From: Selaginella moellendorffii
Lineage: Eukaryota; Plantae; Lycopodiophyta
DNA length: 64,000 bases
Direction: 5' to 3'
Assembly: GCF_000143415.4 (NCBI RefSeq)
Contig: NW_003314297.1
Span: 248,001 to 312,000, forward strand
Each line of letters begins with the position of its first letter. Within the stretch, counting starts at the first letter, position 1. The notes under the pieces were generated by a model. It saw nothing but the letters and a program-made list of their open reading frames with translations. It was not told where the DNA came from and did not search any database. Below, piece by piece: positions 48,383-64,000 of this stretch. The position numbers and the translations under genes were made by a program.

Positions 48383-51040
48383 TCATGAGAGAACGCTGTT
48401 TGCTCCTTCCCACGTAATTGGCAAGGGATGAGCCTCTGTATTGAAGACGAAGTAGCTGAGCGGCAAAACATCGTCCTCCCCGAACAAAAGGAACAAGTAC
48501 TTGAGCGTTTCTCCCAGGAAGAACGTCTCCATCTTGTCTCGCTTGTAAGAATTCGCGACCGTGACATCGTCAATGCTGCTGTAGCCACCGGTGCTGATCT
48601 TGGTGTGAGCTTCGAAGGCTTGGAAGATCTTCCATCCCCATTCCCTGTACCTGGAAGTAAGCAAAGAGTGAGAGAGAAGCTCTTGAGCCGCTCCAAAGGA
48701 AGAAAAACTTACATCGAGTCGCCAGTTATCCTATACAATACAAAAAGAGACTCCACCGTCTCGGGGCGAAGAAGGTTGTGACGATCCAGAGGCTTGATGA
48801 TGATGTCCTCTTTGTATTGAGCGTCAGGCTTGCCGCCATCCATGCCTTCTGTGTGATCGCCCTGTTCCAAGCCGGCGTTAAACTCTTCGAGGACAGCGAA
48901 GAAAAGAAGAAGAGGATGAAAGCTTGACAGACTTTACCTCAGTTCTAAAGTAAGCTATCTCGGGAGCTAGTCCGGTAATAGTCACGTTGTACATCTCGTA
49001 GCAAGTTCTAGCCAGCTCTTTCGCAAGGGCCAGATCCTGCACGTCCTTCTCGCTCAAGAATCCGGACTCCTTGGCATCCTTCTCGGGAAATCCTCGAGTT
49101 GCTCCTAGAGCAAGATTTCCGGCTAGAAAGCATACCTTGCACAAGGAAAAGCAGAATCAGTCTCAAAAGTAAACAAGACAGCGCTATATGCGAAACGTAA
49201 ACGTACCAAGTGATCCATTTTCGGACTGAAATCTTCGTTTCTTCCACTCGGAAGCTCGCCTACGAAAGTGAGGCCATTTGGTACTGACTTCGCGACCAAA
49301 AGGTGCTTGACCCCCGCCATTGCTTCGTCGTACATACCTCGAAGATATTGGACATCCTGTCCATCGCCAACGCCTCCCTGTTGGATCCAGACCTTGAGCA
49401 GATATTCGTAGTAGCTGTCCCCTCTCGATCCGAGTCTTATGTTGTTCCCTTGAAACGTTCCAGAATGCGGGCTGCAAAGAGCAAACACTCACCTTATTAG
49501 TAACTGAGAGAGAGAGAAAGAAAGAGAAGCTTACTTACTTCATGTAAATAGGAACCAGCCCCTCGAGCTTAGGGAGTCCCTTGATGTGCTCGAAGACGCG
49601 CATTGCAGCCTTTCCATACTTGGGATCACCTGTGACTTTACTCAAGTACCAAAACTCGAGCTGCAAAGTCGTCACCTCCGACGTGCTGCTCGCTCCACGC
49701 TCACCGGCAGCCGGATGAGCGCTTCTCGCCGACAAAACCACGTCCGAGAATGGAATCGCCGACGGACTCGTCTCAAAAGCGGCCATCAGCCGGTCTCCCA
49801 AGTCCTTCGCTAGCTTCAGATAGACCTCGGGCTTCGGTCCAGGCGAGAGAGCAACTCCATTCTTACTCCCGTCTATACCAGGCACCGAAGTGTCACCTCC
49901 GCTTAGATGGTACGCACTCAAAAGTCCTCCGAGCACTCGTATGGTTGTCTCAAACAAGTTTACCTGTCCCTGGTGGCTAAACCTGTTCGCGAGCTCCTTT
50001 TCTATCCATCCCCCGGCCTCTTCTACTACGTCGTCTAGTCCCATGATCATAGCGGTGTCTAAAGCGTCGATCGCGGTGGCTCCAATCCCTCCTAAACCAT
50101 TTATACCTCTTCTACTCACTGGCTGCAACTCGTCGAATCCCAAAGCGAACTGCTTGTAACCATTCCACGCGTGCTTGAAAGCGTCGACCACGGCAGCTTG
50201 GCGTTTTATCCACACGAGCTCCTCGGGGCTGTTTCTTTCCGCGATAAATGGCAGCTTCACCTCGTTCTCTTGATGGTTGCTAGAGTTGCCGGAGCTACTG
50301 ACTTGTCGAAGCAGGCCGAGCCGGAGCTTTGGTGGTAAGTTCGGGAGCCTGTGTGTGCTCCAAAACTTTTTGAGGAAAGGACTGTCCTTCATCCACCTGT
50401 GGCCATTGTATCCCCCTAGATTCCGCAGCAAACTCTTGTTGTTTGTGTGACCGGATTGATCCGGCTGGAGGAATGCAAGGTACCCGAGACCCATCAACAT
50501 GAGCAGTGCGAGTAATTGTCCTAGCCCGCATGACGAGCAGCACCTCCTTCGTACTCCACTTGAGAAGAGAGCTCGTACTACCACCTGAAAGAAAACCAAA
50601 CACATCGATAAAAACAATAAATGAGAAACAAAATGGCTAGGAAAAAATGACACACAAACGTTGAGAGCTCGAGAGAAAAAATCTACAGTGAAAAGAAAAG
50701 AGCAAAAACCAAAGCATTATATAAAGAGGAAACAAACAAACTCGAAGGATCGAGAGGGAAAAAAAAACAGTCAATGGAAGGCCGGAGAGAGATCAAAACC
50801 TAGCCCTACAATGCTGGATTGAAGAAGCGCGACGCATTCTCTCACGGATCGGGCCCAATTGCCACTGATGCTTCCAAATCCCGGAGATTTCGATCCATTT
50901 CAATCGTCGGCAGCTCAGGGCACGACAAATCGAGCTAGATCCAGCGGGAGAGCAAGAAAACGTACCCGAATGGCCGAGCGCCGCCTAAGCTTGGCATTGT
51001 CATATTGTAGATCGCGATTGGTGGAAGGGAGCAGCGCCAT
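48383..51040 (-). CDS. MNS3: Class I alpha-1,2-mannosidase (GH47), MNS3-like, multi-exon
   Basis: Exon 1 [22 protein letters not shown], then a TM segment, [65 protein letters not shown]. Confidence 0.93.
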
Positions 51041-53131
51041 ATCGTAGCTCCTCCTGGAGGGCGCTCATCAAGCAGGGCAAAACACGCTATGACATTGTAG
51101 AGCCGACGTGTCACGAAGCTATTGGCTAAATATATAAACAACTTCCTCATAAAGAGAATTACGAAACCACTAACATTTTAAAACTTACTATATTTATCTA
51201 TAAAGTATTTTGGAATTATTAGTATTATCTTCATATTACAGTAAATCACATTAGTTATGCCTAATCAATCTCTACCTGGTTTTGAAGTCAGGTGAAGATG
51301 TCCAGGCCAATTTAATTGAGAATAACTTTTTAGTGCTCTAAAATTAAAATCACAATTTACACATAGGTTTTTAATTTTACTTGAAGGTTCTATATATGAT
51401 CACATAAAAAGTAAAAATAGAGTAATTTGCAACTTAAAGCTAAATTCTTAATGGGTATATAAGTTCTGGTAGACAATATTGGTGAGGATAAAACTTTATT
51501 AAAATATTTCAGTAAGACATAGTTAAGAAAATAACTTTTTGAAATTTACCCTTTTATCAGCTGCCATTGATTGGATCTAGCAACCTCAGCAACTCTTCCT
51601 TATTATTATAGATATGCATGTAAATATATATAAATACACTAATTTTAATAATTTAGTATATGAACATATGATTTGGATTGAATCTAGACCACCCAATATT
51701 CATAATATACTTTTTTTAATTGAAAAAAAATTGTAATTTTTTATTACTCAAATAAAAGTCTTTGTAATTATATTTGCAGTATTACTCTATTATAGATCTA
51801 GGGTGATCTAGTACATTAAGTCATATTTTGTATGAATACAAAAAGTAATAGTTCATTTCATCCAAAAAAATTATAATAGCAAAATTACATATTGAATGAT
51901 AGTTATAACTGATATCTACTTATATAAAGTTGACAAAATTCAATCCAAAATGAACTCAAACTCAGTTTAGGTATATCACCCACTATTTCCTAATCTTAAA
52001 GTTTAGAGGCTTGGGATTGTAATATTAAATGAATCTTAGTCCTTTATTAATATAAATAATTAAGAATCTTTCTATATCAATAATAATTTAATTTTAAGTA
52101 AGCTGTATATAATATCAAAATAATTTGGTATCCATTGCATACAATAACACTTGATTTGCCTAATAGTAGTCTCAATCCTATTTAATATTATTTATTAACC
52201 CAATTAATTAATATGTGATTCAATTAAGAATTTTGAAAGTTTTACTAGAAGAGAAGTAGATATGAAGCTAAATGAATATATATCACACAGCTATGGGCAT
52301 AAAGACAAACCATTTATTTTTAATAATTATATTTTGGAATGAAGTTTGGTGAATTTTCCAAAATTTGCATTTGATTGATGAATCTGTATTATGTTTAACA
52401 ATGAACTTTTTGAGTAAGCATGTAATTGCATTTCTAAGTAATTGAACAGTTTCCTTGTAATAACCATATTGTGAGTCTTTATTTTTATGGTGTAACTTTA
52501 CTCTTTCACACTTTAAAGTGTTAAAGCATTATTTATAAAGCTCATCTTTTAAGCCCAAAAATGTTTATTGTATTTAGCTTGAAAGGCTATAATCATAAAC
52601 ATATTTATAATTTATAAATTAAAGATTAATTTTATTACATATCAACCATTAGATGGTAGAATAAAATAGAATATATGAAAAAGTGTTTTAGTGTTTTATA
52701 AAATGTAAATACAAGATTAATCTAAATGAATAATAACCATTAGATGGTAGAATATCCCAAAATATTCAAGCATATTTTAAGTATATCCACTATCACTAAA
52801 AATATTACATTATAAAATAAAAATAAAAATATGATAAAATAAAATAACAAACATAGATCATTAATTAATATAAATGTAATTTATTTCTATTATTAATTAA
52901 TATAAATTTTATAAAGTATAATTTGTAAACTACTATGTATTTAACTGTTTTAAATACAACAGTAAATAATAACACTTTCAAGAATGTTTATAACAAATAT
53001 TGAAAAAAAAACAGGACCATTTCGTAATTCAGCCCAAATTCACAAAGCCTCAAGGGAATAAGTAAAATACTTAGCTTAATCTTACCATAGTGTTTGCAGA
53101 ACACTAGTTATTTCACTCCACGACAATTCCT

Positions 53132-54665
53132 TCATTCGTCGCCTCCATAAACTGTCCTCACCATTTGTTTTCTCGCTGCCAATACTTGTCTTGCCTCCAA
53201 CTCTTTTCTCTCTTTAATCGCCTTCGACTCTTCCCTCGTCCGCAGCTTCCCTCTGGGAGCTTTCCCGGGTATCAACGGTCTACCCTTTACAGACTTTGCA
53301 GCCTCAGCAAACTCTGTACCAAAAACCACAAACGCTTTCAGGAACAAGTAAAACGAAGACGCATTACACAAACCTTCCAGAGGATGATTATCCTTCCATT
53401 CCTGCTCTGGTAGCTTCCAGGAGATGGGAGCAAACTCCACCAGCATCTGCTGGCGGCTTTTGAGAACCATAATCATATCCGTCTCACCTAAAATACATAT
53501 GCAGCTAGCGAATGATAAAAAAGAGTAGTATAACTACAAACTCACCCTCAAGGTAGCTCTTGTACTTTGATTTCCCCAGTTCCTCCAGCACCTTTGCAAT
53601 GGGCGCGAGCTCCACTTCCCTGCCCTTACTCGTCCTCACCCCTCCTTTATGGTATCGCCCAAGCTGAGGAGCTACCACAACTCCAGCAAGGTATCCGCAA
53701 GAAAGGAAAACAGGAGCTCCCCGCTCGGTGACAGTCGAACACGGCATCATCACCCCTTCGCCAACTACGACGCCCATGATGAGATCCGGCCACACCGAGT
53801 AGCTGCTCACTGTGACCAAATACTTCAACTCGCAACGCCATTTCTCCGCACACATGCAGGTGTCGAAGCTTAGATTGAGGGAGCCATCAACTGGCTCCAG
53901 GCACGCCACCGAATCGTTGTAAGTAGCACTGATCTTGCACTCGAACCACGGGGCATCCCGAAACTTGACCATGATGGCGTCGTCGGCACCTTTGCTGCTG
54001 TTGGACGCTGGCGCAACGCAGCCCAGCGCTGTCCAACAGGTGCCATTCGGCCTGATGAGAGTCGCCATCCCCGTGCGGCTCTCAATGCTCGGCGGCTGCG
54101 ACGATTGGCGAGAGACGAGGTGCACCGCGCCAATCATGCTCCCCACCTTTTCTTGCAGAAGAGGCGCGTTCGCCACAGTTGGCGGTGAATTGCCCATAAG
54201 CTTCAGGACGTACTTGTGAACTCTCTTGTGCTGGTACAACTCCTCCTTCATGGCGTAACTTTTCGCTGCGTTCATCCGCCTGCGACGGTCGAGTTCCTGT
54301 TTCCTGGCTTCCACTTCGGCAAGCGCTTTGCCCACTTTCGTTTCGTGAAATGTGTCCGAGGCTTCAAAGAGGGAATCGCGGCGGCGCTTGCCAGTGATGA
54401 CAAGAGGGGTTTGCTGCGAGAGGCCGTCGCCCAGCTGCGAGTGGCTGGGCTGCGAGGAGAGCAACGAGGTGATCTGATCCAGGGACATGACCGAGTTGCC
54501 CTCGGCGTCCTTGAGCAGCGCCAAGTCAGCGGCACGGAGCGTGCACGGGTCCAGCCCCCAGTGCGCTGCGATGCCATCCAGCATGAGGTGCTTGGATTTG
54601 TGCAGAGGGAAGAGCAGTGCCTTCCCACCCCCGTCCTCCTCTAGCCCGATCCACGCCGCCTCCAT
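53132..54665 (-). CDS. Two-exon protein with a catalytically degenerate trypsin-like domain
   Basis: TGMATLI..NGTCWTALGCV and TERGAPVF..CGYLAGVV align to the trypsin His and Ser motifs, with both residues lost. Probable start MEAAW (54665) lies just after a telo-box. Confidence 0.55.
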
Positions 54666-55129
54666 ACCTCTTATCCGGCTTTCAATTTTAGGGTTTCTTA
54701 TTTTCTTTTGCCATCTTTGTGTGTTCACGAGGCCGGAGCTGTCAGGTAACATATCTTAGAAATTCGTATCTCGGGCTTGAACAGGATTAATCCCTTTTTC
54801 TTGGGCTCTCGTATAGAAATCATACAAATGTGGCTATGAGGTGGGCAGGAGCATTCTTCTCTTCTCTTTCTTAGAAACTTGGGAATTAATGTTGCTACCC
54901 ACGATCAAGCCAGCGTTCTGGTGAGCGGCCATTTTGATTGTCGTGCGTTGGAAAGTCTTTTCTTGTTTTGTAAATATATCTATGTCGTAGTCGCAGGGAG
55001 AGAAAAAAATGCTTATGTACCTTTCTCACTGTATCAGAATGACCGCTTTGACGCCCGGAGCAACGTGTTGGGCAATCATACCAGCCGACAACCCGCACAA
55101 AACAACGTCATTGAGTGCAGATACAACCG

Positions 55130-55960
55130 CAAACCTTTGAAACGTTTTTTCAACATCTCTACAACCCTTGAGTGAGCATACAAAATATTCGGAAGCGCGT
55201 TCAGTATAGCATCTGCATTCTCGCCTATAACATTAGGTGTACGACTGCATAGTCTAGACAGCAGCACACAAGAAGCTTTTTTAGTTTCGTGAAAAGAATC
55301 CAACAAAGTCACGCAGATTACCTGCAAAAGCAGCCAATTGGAACACAAAAGAAAAAACCACTAAGACTGAATTCACCCTTGCTATGTGCTCAGAGAACTC
55401 ACGAACGCCCTCCACTGAGCACTGACAAATTATCGCACTGAGCAAGTTGATTAAACTTACACGTATCTCTTCGGAATGTTCAAGAACTGGACTGTCACAA
55501 AGTTTTCCAGATCCAAACAAAGGGAAAATCAGTAAAGCCGCTCAGCTATTGCAGGAACTATCACAAAGGTTGTTTGCTCCACCTGCATCAAAATTAGCAC
55601 AGAAGCATTGGAACTTAAAATCCTACATCTCGACTCGACAGCTCTCTACGGGGTCGTGAAGGGACCAGTTTCAGTAGAAACAATCTAAACCATCAACAAA
55701 TTTTGTTTTTTTCTTGGGAGATAGAAAGGCGAAAGAAAAAATACCTGGAGCAACGAGACTCGGTCAAATAAGCTTGTCAACGCGCTCCAATGCCTTTGCC
55801 TGGTGTTTCGATCCGGATCGGAGAGGTACTTTAAATCTCTCTGGATCGTCTAGAAAAAAAGAAAATCACTCCATCACTCAACGCGATCGCTTACCTGGAC
55901 GAAAGCCGTGGCAGCTATGGCTTGATTGATCGCATTCGAGGGAGCGGCATCGCGAAGAGC
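55130..55960 (-). pseudogene. HEAT-repeat fragment resembling the DNAAF5/HEATR2 N-terminus
   Basis: EHSEEIRVSLINLL...VICVTLLDSFHETKKASC...ILYAHSRV. Stops upstream; no C-terminal portion found. Confidence 0.45.
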
Positions 55961-56670
55961 AAAATACCTGCTAGGTAGACTTTCCCGATGAGAAATCCAA
56001 GGACGAGGCCTCTGCCAAGCTCCAGAAACTAAAAAGGATGGAATTAGAGTTTTGAGTTGTTTTACCTCAGGCATTGGCAATCGAGGGGGACGTCAATGGC
56101 GCTGCGGTTTTCTCTGCCTTGCCGAGGATCTCTCTGTCAATGGATTTAGAACAGGTAGACGCAATTCTTCCTTCTTTATTTCTTTCTCCATGGACTAGTC
56201 AAGGTATTCTTTGGAAATGCTTTTTCATTACTAACTTCTTGATTTGCTGGTGAACGAGGCTGTGAAAGAGTTCGTGCTACAGTTTCATGGCTTTGTAGTC
56301 CCTCAAGAATGGGCTGAGTGCATCAATCGACTCTTGAAACCTTGCAATGCTGTTGCTTGTCTTAATATTTAAATATACGTAAATATTTTAGGATATATTG
56401 TTATTCATTTAGATAAATTATGTATTTATAATTTATAAACTTTCCTAAACATTTCAGTTTATGTGATGATTAATATTAATTTTGATGTTTCTATCCATTT
56501 GATTAATAAATAATACTAAACAGAAATAAACACAACATAACTCCAACACTCTTCAAAGGCATGGAACTTGTAAACCCAAACAACATGGTCGTCTACGAAA
56601 CTATGTCTTTTACATCACCAAAGAAATCTTTACATGACATACAAAATGCCTGGAATTCGCAGCAACTAGA

Positions 56671-57295
56671 TTAAAACCTTGGAAGCTTAGTTATCACTAT
56701 GTTGATCATCTCAAAAGAACCATGTTCAGTATACGTGTTTAAAAGAGTGGTCCAGGAAACAAGATCACGCTGTGGCATAACACTGACAAAAGACGTGGTT
56801 GCATCAATATCGAAAAAGAGCATGGCTTCCGAGAAGAATGTTTTTTGTTTTTGTTTTTGTTGCATTAATGTCTCCATGAAGAGCGTAACCAGTAAGATAG
56901 TGTTGCAGCACACTAAGTCCGTCATATGCAACTCATCAAACATTCGTTTAGATTCCAAAAGATGCCCTTATTGGGCATATGCATTCTACAGCACTGTCCA
57001 GCAAACGAGGCTGTCTTCTGGCATTCCAAACACCGAAAGATTCTTGGCATCTTCAAAATATCCTTGAGATGTGGAGCAAGAAATCAAAGCTGTATAAGAA
57101 ATTAGATCGTGCTCAGGCATTTGATTAAACAAGTCCTTTGAAATCTTCTATCCAGCTTTGGCAAAAGGATTCAACATTGCATTCCAAGTTGCCGTGTTAT
57201 GCACTGGAATAGTCTGGAAAAGATGCCAAGCATCTTGCAGATGCCCATTCTGCGCAAACGCAGTCCAAGACACTAGATCTTTAGTCGGCATCTTC
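56671..57295 (-). pseudogene. PPR pseudogene fragments (short SS-type repeats)
   Basis: MPQRDLVSWTTLL and DLVSWTAFAQNGHL-type motifs, with frameshifts. Confidence 0.75.
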
Positions 57296-57536
57296 TCTTT
57301 GCTCCATTGATATCACGAGTGAGATGAGTTTTCTAGTGTAAACAACAGGATTCCTATTAAAGACAAGGATCCACAGCACATTCTCAGGTAGAGTCCCCAC
57401 TCAACCAAAACTTATCAGCAAACCAAACGAGCACGGATATTCCGTCACTATAACGTACAGCGACATTCTCGGCTATGGCGGATTGAGGAGACCTAATTCA
57501 GTGCGGCATGGCGCCAGTGTAGGTCTGGGATTCGCG

Positions 57537-60347
<2,811 letters not shown>

Positions 60348-60715
60348 TTGCGGGGAAAGGAAGATAGCCACCATATCCATCCATATATGCTATGTACAGG
60401 TGTAAATAGCATTGATCCGGACGAACTAATCGTTCTAAAGAAGAAGAAGAAGAAAAGAAGGAAGAAGAGGAATAACTTTTGATTTTATGTACAAAACAAA
60501 ATAATAACCTAATGACTCGTGCCACGTGGAACGCATAGAGCGGTTCGATCTGCCACCCCATTGGACGGCCGATGTCCCGCGGAGCTTTTTTGAATTCAAA
60601 ATCCGCGAAACCTACCAGTCCACAATTCGAACACGGGACCTCAATGCGTGTCCACGCTATAAAGCTGGAAGAAGGGTCTCCTTGCCCTGTTCCTCATTCC
60701 TCCTCCTCCACAGCT

Positions 60716-62179
60716 ATGGCGTCTCTAGGGCATCAGGGCGGCAGCCGGCTAGGGCTCGCGGGGCTGGCCGTGATGGGCCAGAATCTGGCGCTCAACGTCG
60801 CGGAGAAGGGATTCCCCATCTCCGTCTACAACCGGACGGCGAGCAAGGTCGACGACACGGTGGATCGCGCGGCGCGCGAGGGCAATCTCCCGCTCTACGG
60901 CTTCAAGGATCCGGGTGAGTTCGTGGCGTCGCTCCAGAAGCCGCGCGTGATCATAATCCTGGTCAAGGCCGGGCGGCCGGTGGACGAGACGATCGAGCTG
61001 CTGTCGAGCTTCCTGGAGCCCGGGGATTGCATCATCGATGGGGGGAACGAGTGGTACGAGAATACCGAGCGCCGGGCCGAGGCCGTGCGGCAGAAGGGGC
61101 TCTTGTATCTGGGAATGGGGGTCTCTGGCGGTGAAGAGGGCGCTCGCTATGGCCCCTCACTTATGCCCGGTGGAGCCGTGGAGGCTTTCAAGTACATAGA
61201 GGATGTTGTGAAGAAGATCGCTGCTCAGGTGGACGATGGCCCCTGCGTGACTTACGTTGGCCCTGGTGGAGCTGGGAACTTCGTGAAGATGGTTCACAAT
61301 GGGATCGAGTATGGCGACATGCAGCTCATCTCCGAGGCCTACGACGTGCTCAAGTCCGTGGGTGGCCTCACCAACAAGGAGCTCCACGAGACTTTTGCGC
61401 AGTGGAACAAGGGCGAGCTCGAGAGCTTCCTGATCGAGATCACGTCCCACATCTTCTCGGTCAAGGACGACAAGGGCGATGGCGAGCTCGTGGACAAGGT
61501 CCTGGACAAGACGGGCATGAAAGGCACCGGGAAGTGGACCGTCCAGCAGGCCGCGGAGCTCTCGGTGGCGGCTCCCACGATCGAGGCGTCGCTCGACTCG
61601 AGGTTCCTGAGCGGCCTCAAGGAGGAGAGAGTGGCGGCGGCCAAGAACTTCAAGGAGCTCGGGGTGTCGGACATCTTGGCTCCCAGCAACGTCGACAAGA
61701 AGGAGCTCATCGACGGCGTCCGGAAGGCGCTGTACGCGTCCAAGATCTGCAGCTACGCCCAAGGCATGAACTTGATCCGGGCCAAGAGCATGGAGAAGAG
61801 CTGGAACCTCAACTTGGGCGAGCTGGCTCGGATCTGGAAGGGGGGCTGCATCATCCGGGCGGTGTTCCTGGACCGGATCAAAAAGGCCTACGACCGCAAC
61901 CCGGATCTGGCCAATCTGCTCATGGATCCCGAGTTTGCGACCGAGATGGTGGAGCGGCAGGGCGCTTGGAGGAAAGTGGTGACGCTGGCGATCAATGCCG
62001 GGATCAGCACCCCGGGGATGAGCGCGAGCTTGGCCTACTTCGACACGTACAGGCGCTCGCGACTGCCCGCGAATCTCGTCCAGGCGCAGCGCGATTATTT
62101 TGGAGCTCACACCTACGAGCGAGTGGATCAAAGCGGGTGGTTTCACAGCGAGTGGCACAAGCTCGCGTCGGCCTTGTGA
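60716..62179 (+). CDS. PGD: 6-phosphogluconate dehydrogenase (decarboxylating), intronless
   Basis: GLAGLAVMGQNLALN, IIDGGN, GMGVSGGEEGAR, KMVHNGIEYGDMQ, QAQRDYFGAH. TATAAA at ~60658 precedes the ATG at 60716. Confidence 0.96.
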   Translation: MASLGHQGGSRLGLAGLAVMGQNLALNVAEKGFPISVYNRTASKVDDTVDRAAREGNLPLYGFKDPGEFVASLQKPRVIIILVKAGRPVDETIELLSSFLEPGDCIIDGGNEWYENTERRAEAVRQKGLLYLGMGVSGGEEGARYGPSLMPGGAVEAFKYIEDVVKKIAAQVDDGPCVTYVGPGGAGNFVKMVHNGIEYGDMQLISEAYDVLKSVGGLTNKELHETFAQWNKGELESFLIEITSHIFSVKDDKGDGELVDKVLDKTGMKGTGKWTVQQAAELSVAAPTIEASLDSRFLSGLKEERVAAAKNFKELGVSDILAPSNVDKKELIDGVRKALYASKICSYAQGMNLIRAKSMEKSWNLNLGELARIWKGGCIIRAVFLDRIKKAYDRNPDLANLLMDPEFATEMVERQGAWRKVVTLAINAGISTPGMSASLAYFDTYRRSRLPANLVQAQRDYFGAHTYERVDQSGWFHSEWHKLASAL

Positions 62180-63292
62180 GGGAGGAGCCGTGAACACGCA
62201 CTTTTGGTGCGCGTCGGTTTTGGATGGATAAAAGGCCATGGATGGAGACCCTCTTTTCTTTATACTTTTTGATTATTTGGATGGACTAACTTAAAAAGGT
62301 AATAAACCAAGTCCATCTTAAACCATGCCATCTTCGTCACCCTTGTGATACATTATCGTGAACAATGCAACGGACAAAGTCTTTCAACTTTCCTTCCCAT
62401 AAAAATGCCTCGTTCCTCGGACGACCTTTGTTAGCTCCCATTTTCGACTCCACAATGCCTGCTAGCCGGTCAAGTTTCGTTGCTAGCCGGTCGATGCTGT
62501 ACACGTATAGGACAGCATACTTAAAGGAAGATCATCGAGCGGAGGTGGCATACCTTGGCTGCCATGTGGAGGATCGTCTCCTTCGCGGTCTAGTTAAGGA
62601 ATGAAATAGGGCAGTGTTAAGTATTCTAAAGCAAACCAAAGAAAATTCTTTGATGGAGGAACCATGGCAATTGCAATGACGTTGAGATTGCTGGGCAAAA
62701 TGCACGATCGATGGTGGCAAGGGCATGGTGTTGGCTGATTCACAGCCTTTGGGAATCATCACTGGCGTGAAGAAGCCGGCATCGTTGTGGATTTTGTCTT
62801 GTGAATGTCCCGTGGCGAGTTGACATACCCTTTGCTCTTGAGTCCGAGAGCTAAGGAGCTTGTGGGAGTGAAGTAGTGGAAAGAATTTTCTCGTGTTTAA
62901 TGCTTTCGTTCCTCACAGTCAACGGTAGTCAATCTTGGTCAGTCTGTCAATATTATTCCATCTCTTCTTCCTGCAGCAACAAGCAGAGCCTGGGTATGGC
63001 GGGGAAACGCGAAGCTGTGCACGATCAGGCGTCCCGGGGCTACTGTCACAAAAATGCAACACAGGCCTCAAATAAACCTTGCACGGCGGTGGTAGAATCC
63101 TGCTTTAAGAGTACTTGGATTCGAAGAAACATGATACACACAACTAGTTTAGTTGTCCTTCACCTCTGCAAGAACAAGCATTTGATGAGAAGAGGAAGTC
63201 TCACTCCTCCATTGCACAACCCGCTTCACCGCCGCCTACCTGCGAGAACAAGCATTCAATGAGAAAGAAAAATACATTGAAAAACCGAATCC

Positions 63293-64000
63293 TTACTCTT
63301 CCATTGCACGAACTTCTCCCGCTTCACCACCGCCGGCAGCTTCCTTGACATCGATGGTCACGTCGTACTCCTGATCGCAACCGAGGTACGCGTCACACAT
63401 GAAGTAGAGCTTATAGTTCTTGACACCCGCCTCCTGCGGAGTGAACTCCAGCTTGCACTTGTTCCTCCGCTGCAGTGTCACCCTCTTGATCGCCAGCAGC
63501 ACATTGTTCGCAGTGTCGCCGAGAACTAGCCACCACCCCTCTTCCCTCGTCTTTGCAAGCCTGGGAGCCTCCACGATTCCAACCTCCTCGTTTCCTTCCA
63601 CTTCCCTCTCCAGCGTCACCTGAACAGCAACTGGCTCTCCCACGGTCGCCTCTGCCTCGTCCAGCACCTCGAAAGCCATATCGATGTTTGGAAACCGGTT
63701 GCACGTCCGAGCGATTGCTAGCAGCTGCGAGTCGTCCATTCCCAGCAGCTCCCGCCTTTCCCCGTCTTCCATCTCGAGCAGATCAAACACCGTCTCCACG
63801 TTCCTCTCCTTGCACTTCTTCGCTAGATCCTTGGTGAAGTGCGGGAGCTGCAGGAGCACCGAGTCTCGCTCCCACAGTCCCTGCGTTACCATCTGACTTA
63901 TCTCCATGGCTGCAAGCGCCGGGTTGAGCCAAGCGTTGCTGGCTATCACGTCGACCATGGCCTGGAGAAGCTTGATTGCCTGGAGCAGCACCTCACGCTG
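63293..64000 (-). CDS. BRR2: U5 snRNP 200-kDa helicase, C-terminal Sec63 unit (partial)
   Basis: VDVIASNAWLNPALAAMEISQMVTQG, LLQLPHF, CNRFPNI, EEGWWLVLGD, LYFMCDAYLGCDQEY. Confidence 0.95.
   Translation of the reverse strand, partial: QREVLLQAIKLLQAMVDVIASNAWLNPALAAMEISQMVTQGLWERDSVLLQLPHFTKDLAKKCKERNVETVFDLLEMEDGERRELLGMDDSQLLAIARTCNRFPNIDMAFEVLDEAEATVGEPVAVQVTLEREVEGNEEVGIVEAPRLAKTREEGWWLVLGDTANNVLLAIKRVTLQRRNKCKLEFTPQEAGVKNYKLYFMCDAYLGCDQEYDVTIDVKEAAGGGEAGEVRAMEE

Noticed and set aside
51150-53050. Long AT-rich tract (also 42300-43600)
   Set aside because: No ORFs, termini or structured repeats beyond one short duplication (AACCATTAGATGGTAGAATA at ~52643 and ~52735).
60572-60715. 48-aa N-terminal extension of 6PGDH
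   Set aside because: A TATA box and pyrimidine-rich leader lie within it; the ATG at 60716 fits homologue starts better.

Overview
Eukaryotic nuclear DNA from a non-seed land plant. The ~50-nt GT-AG introns, many PLS/DYW-type PPR genes and GC-rich exons in AT-rich spacers suggest a lycophyte such as Selaginella (inference). (1) 1-24 kb: a DYW-PPR gene, then a large inverted duplication (~3.7-9.8 kb vs ~19.3-23.7 kb) centred near an assembly gap. It carries PPR pseudogenes, one intact and one stop-interrupted SDH2, an S-protein-homologue gene and a decayed Ty3/gypsy nest. (2) 25.1-26.6 kb: an intact six-exon PD-(D/E)xK nuclease-like gene that the ORF track only partly captures. (3) 28,537-42,293, the main finding: a ~13.8 kb DNA transposon with 24-bp terminal inverted repeats (TIRs) and TATA flanks. 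It encodes a Sola1-like DDD transposase and, divergently, one large spliced gene fusing ParB/Srx-like, degenerate DNA-methyltransferase-like, acidic and FCP1/NIF-phosphatase-like regions. More than 20 copies of a 22-bp palindrome (ATGGCRTG-WGGCCW-CAYGCCAT) are dispersed inside it, resembling a ParB/parS-type arrangement on a plant transposon (hypothesis). (4) 43.6-64 kb: mostly housekeeping genes: degenerate DYW-PPR, PRMT1, MNS3, Zn-finger/GDH-like, 6PGDH and the BRR2 3' end, plus an inactive trypsin-like gene and a DNAAF5-like fragment. All family calls come from motif recognition by eye; no searches were run.
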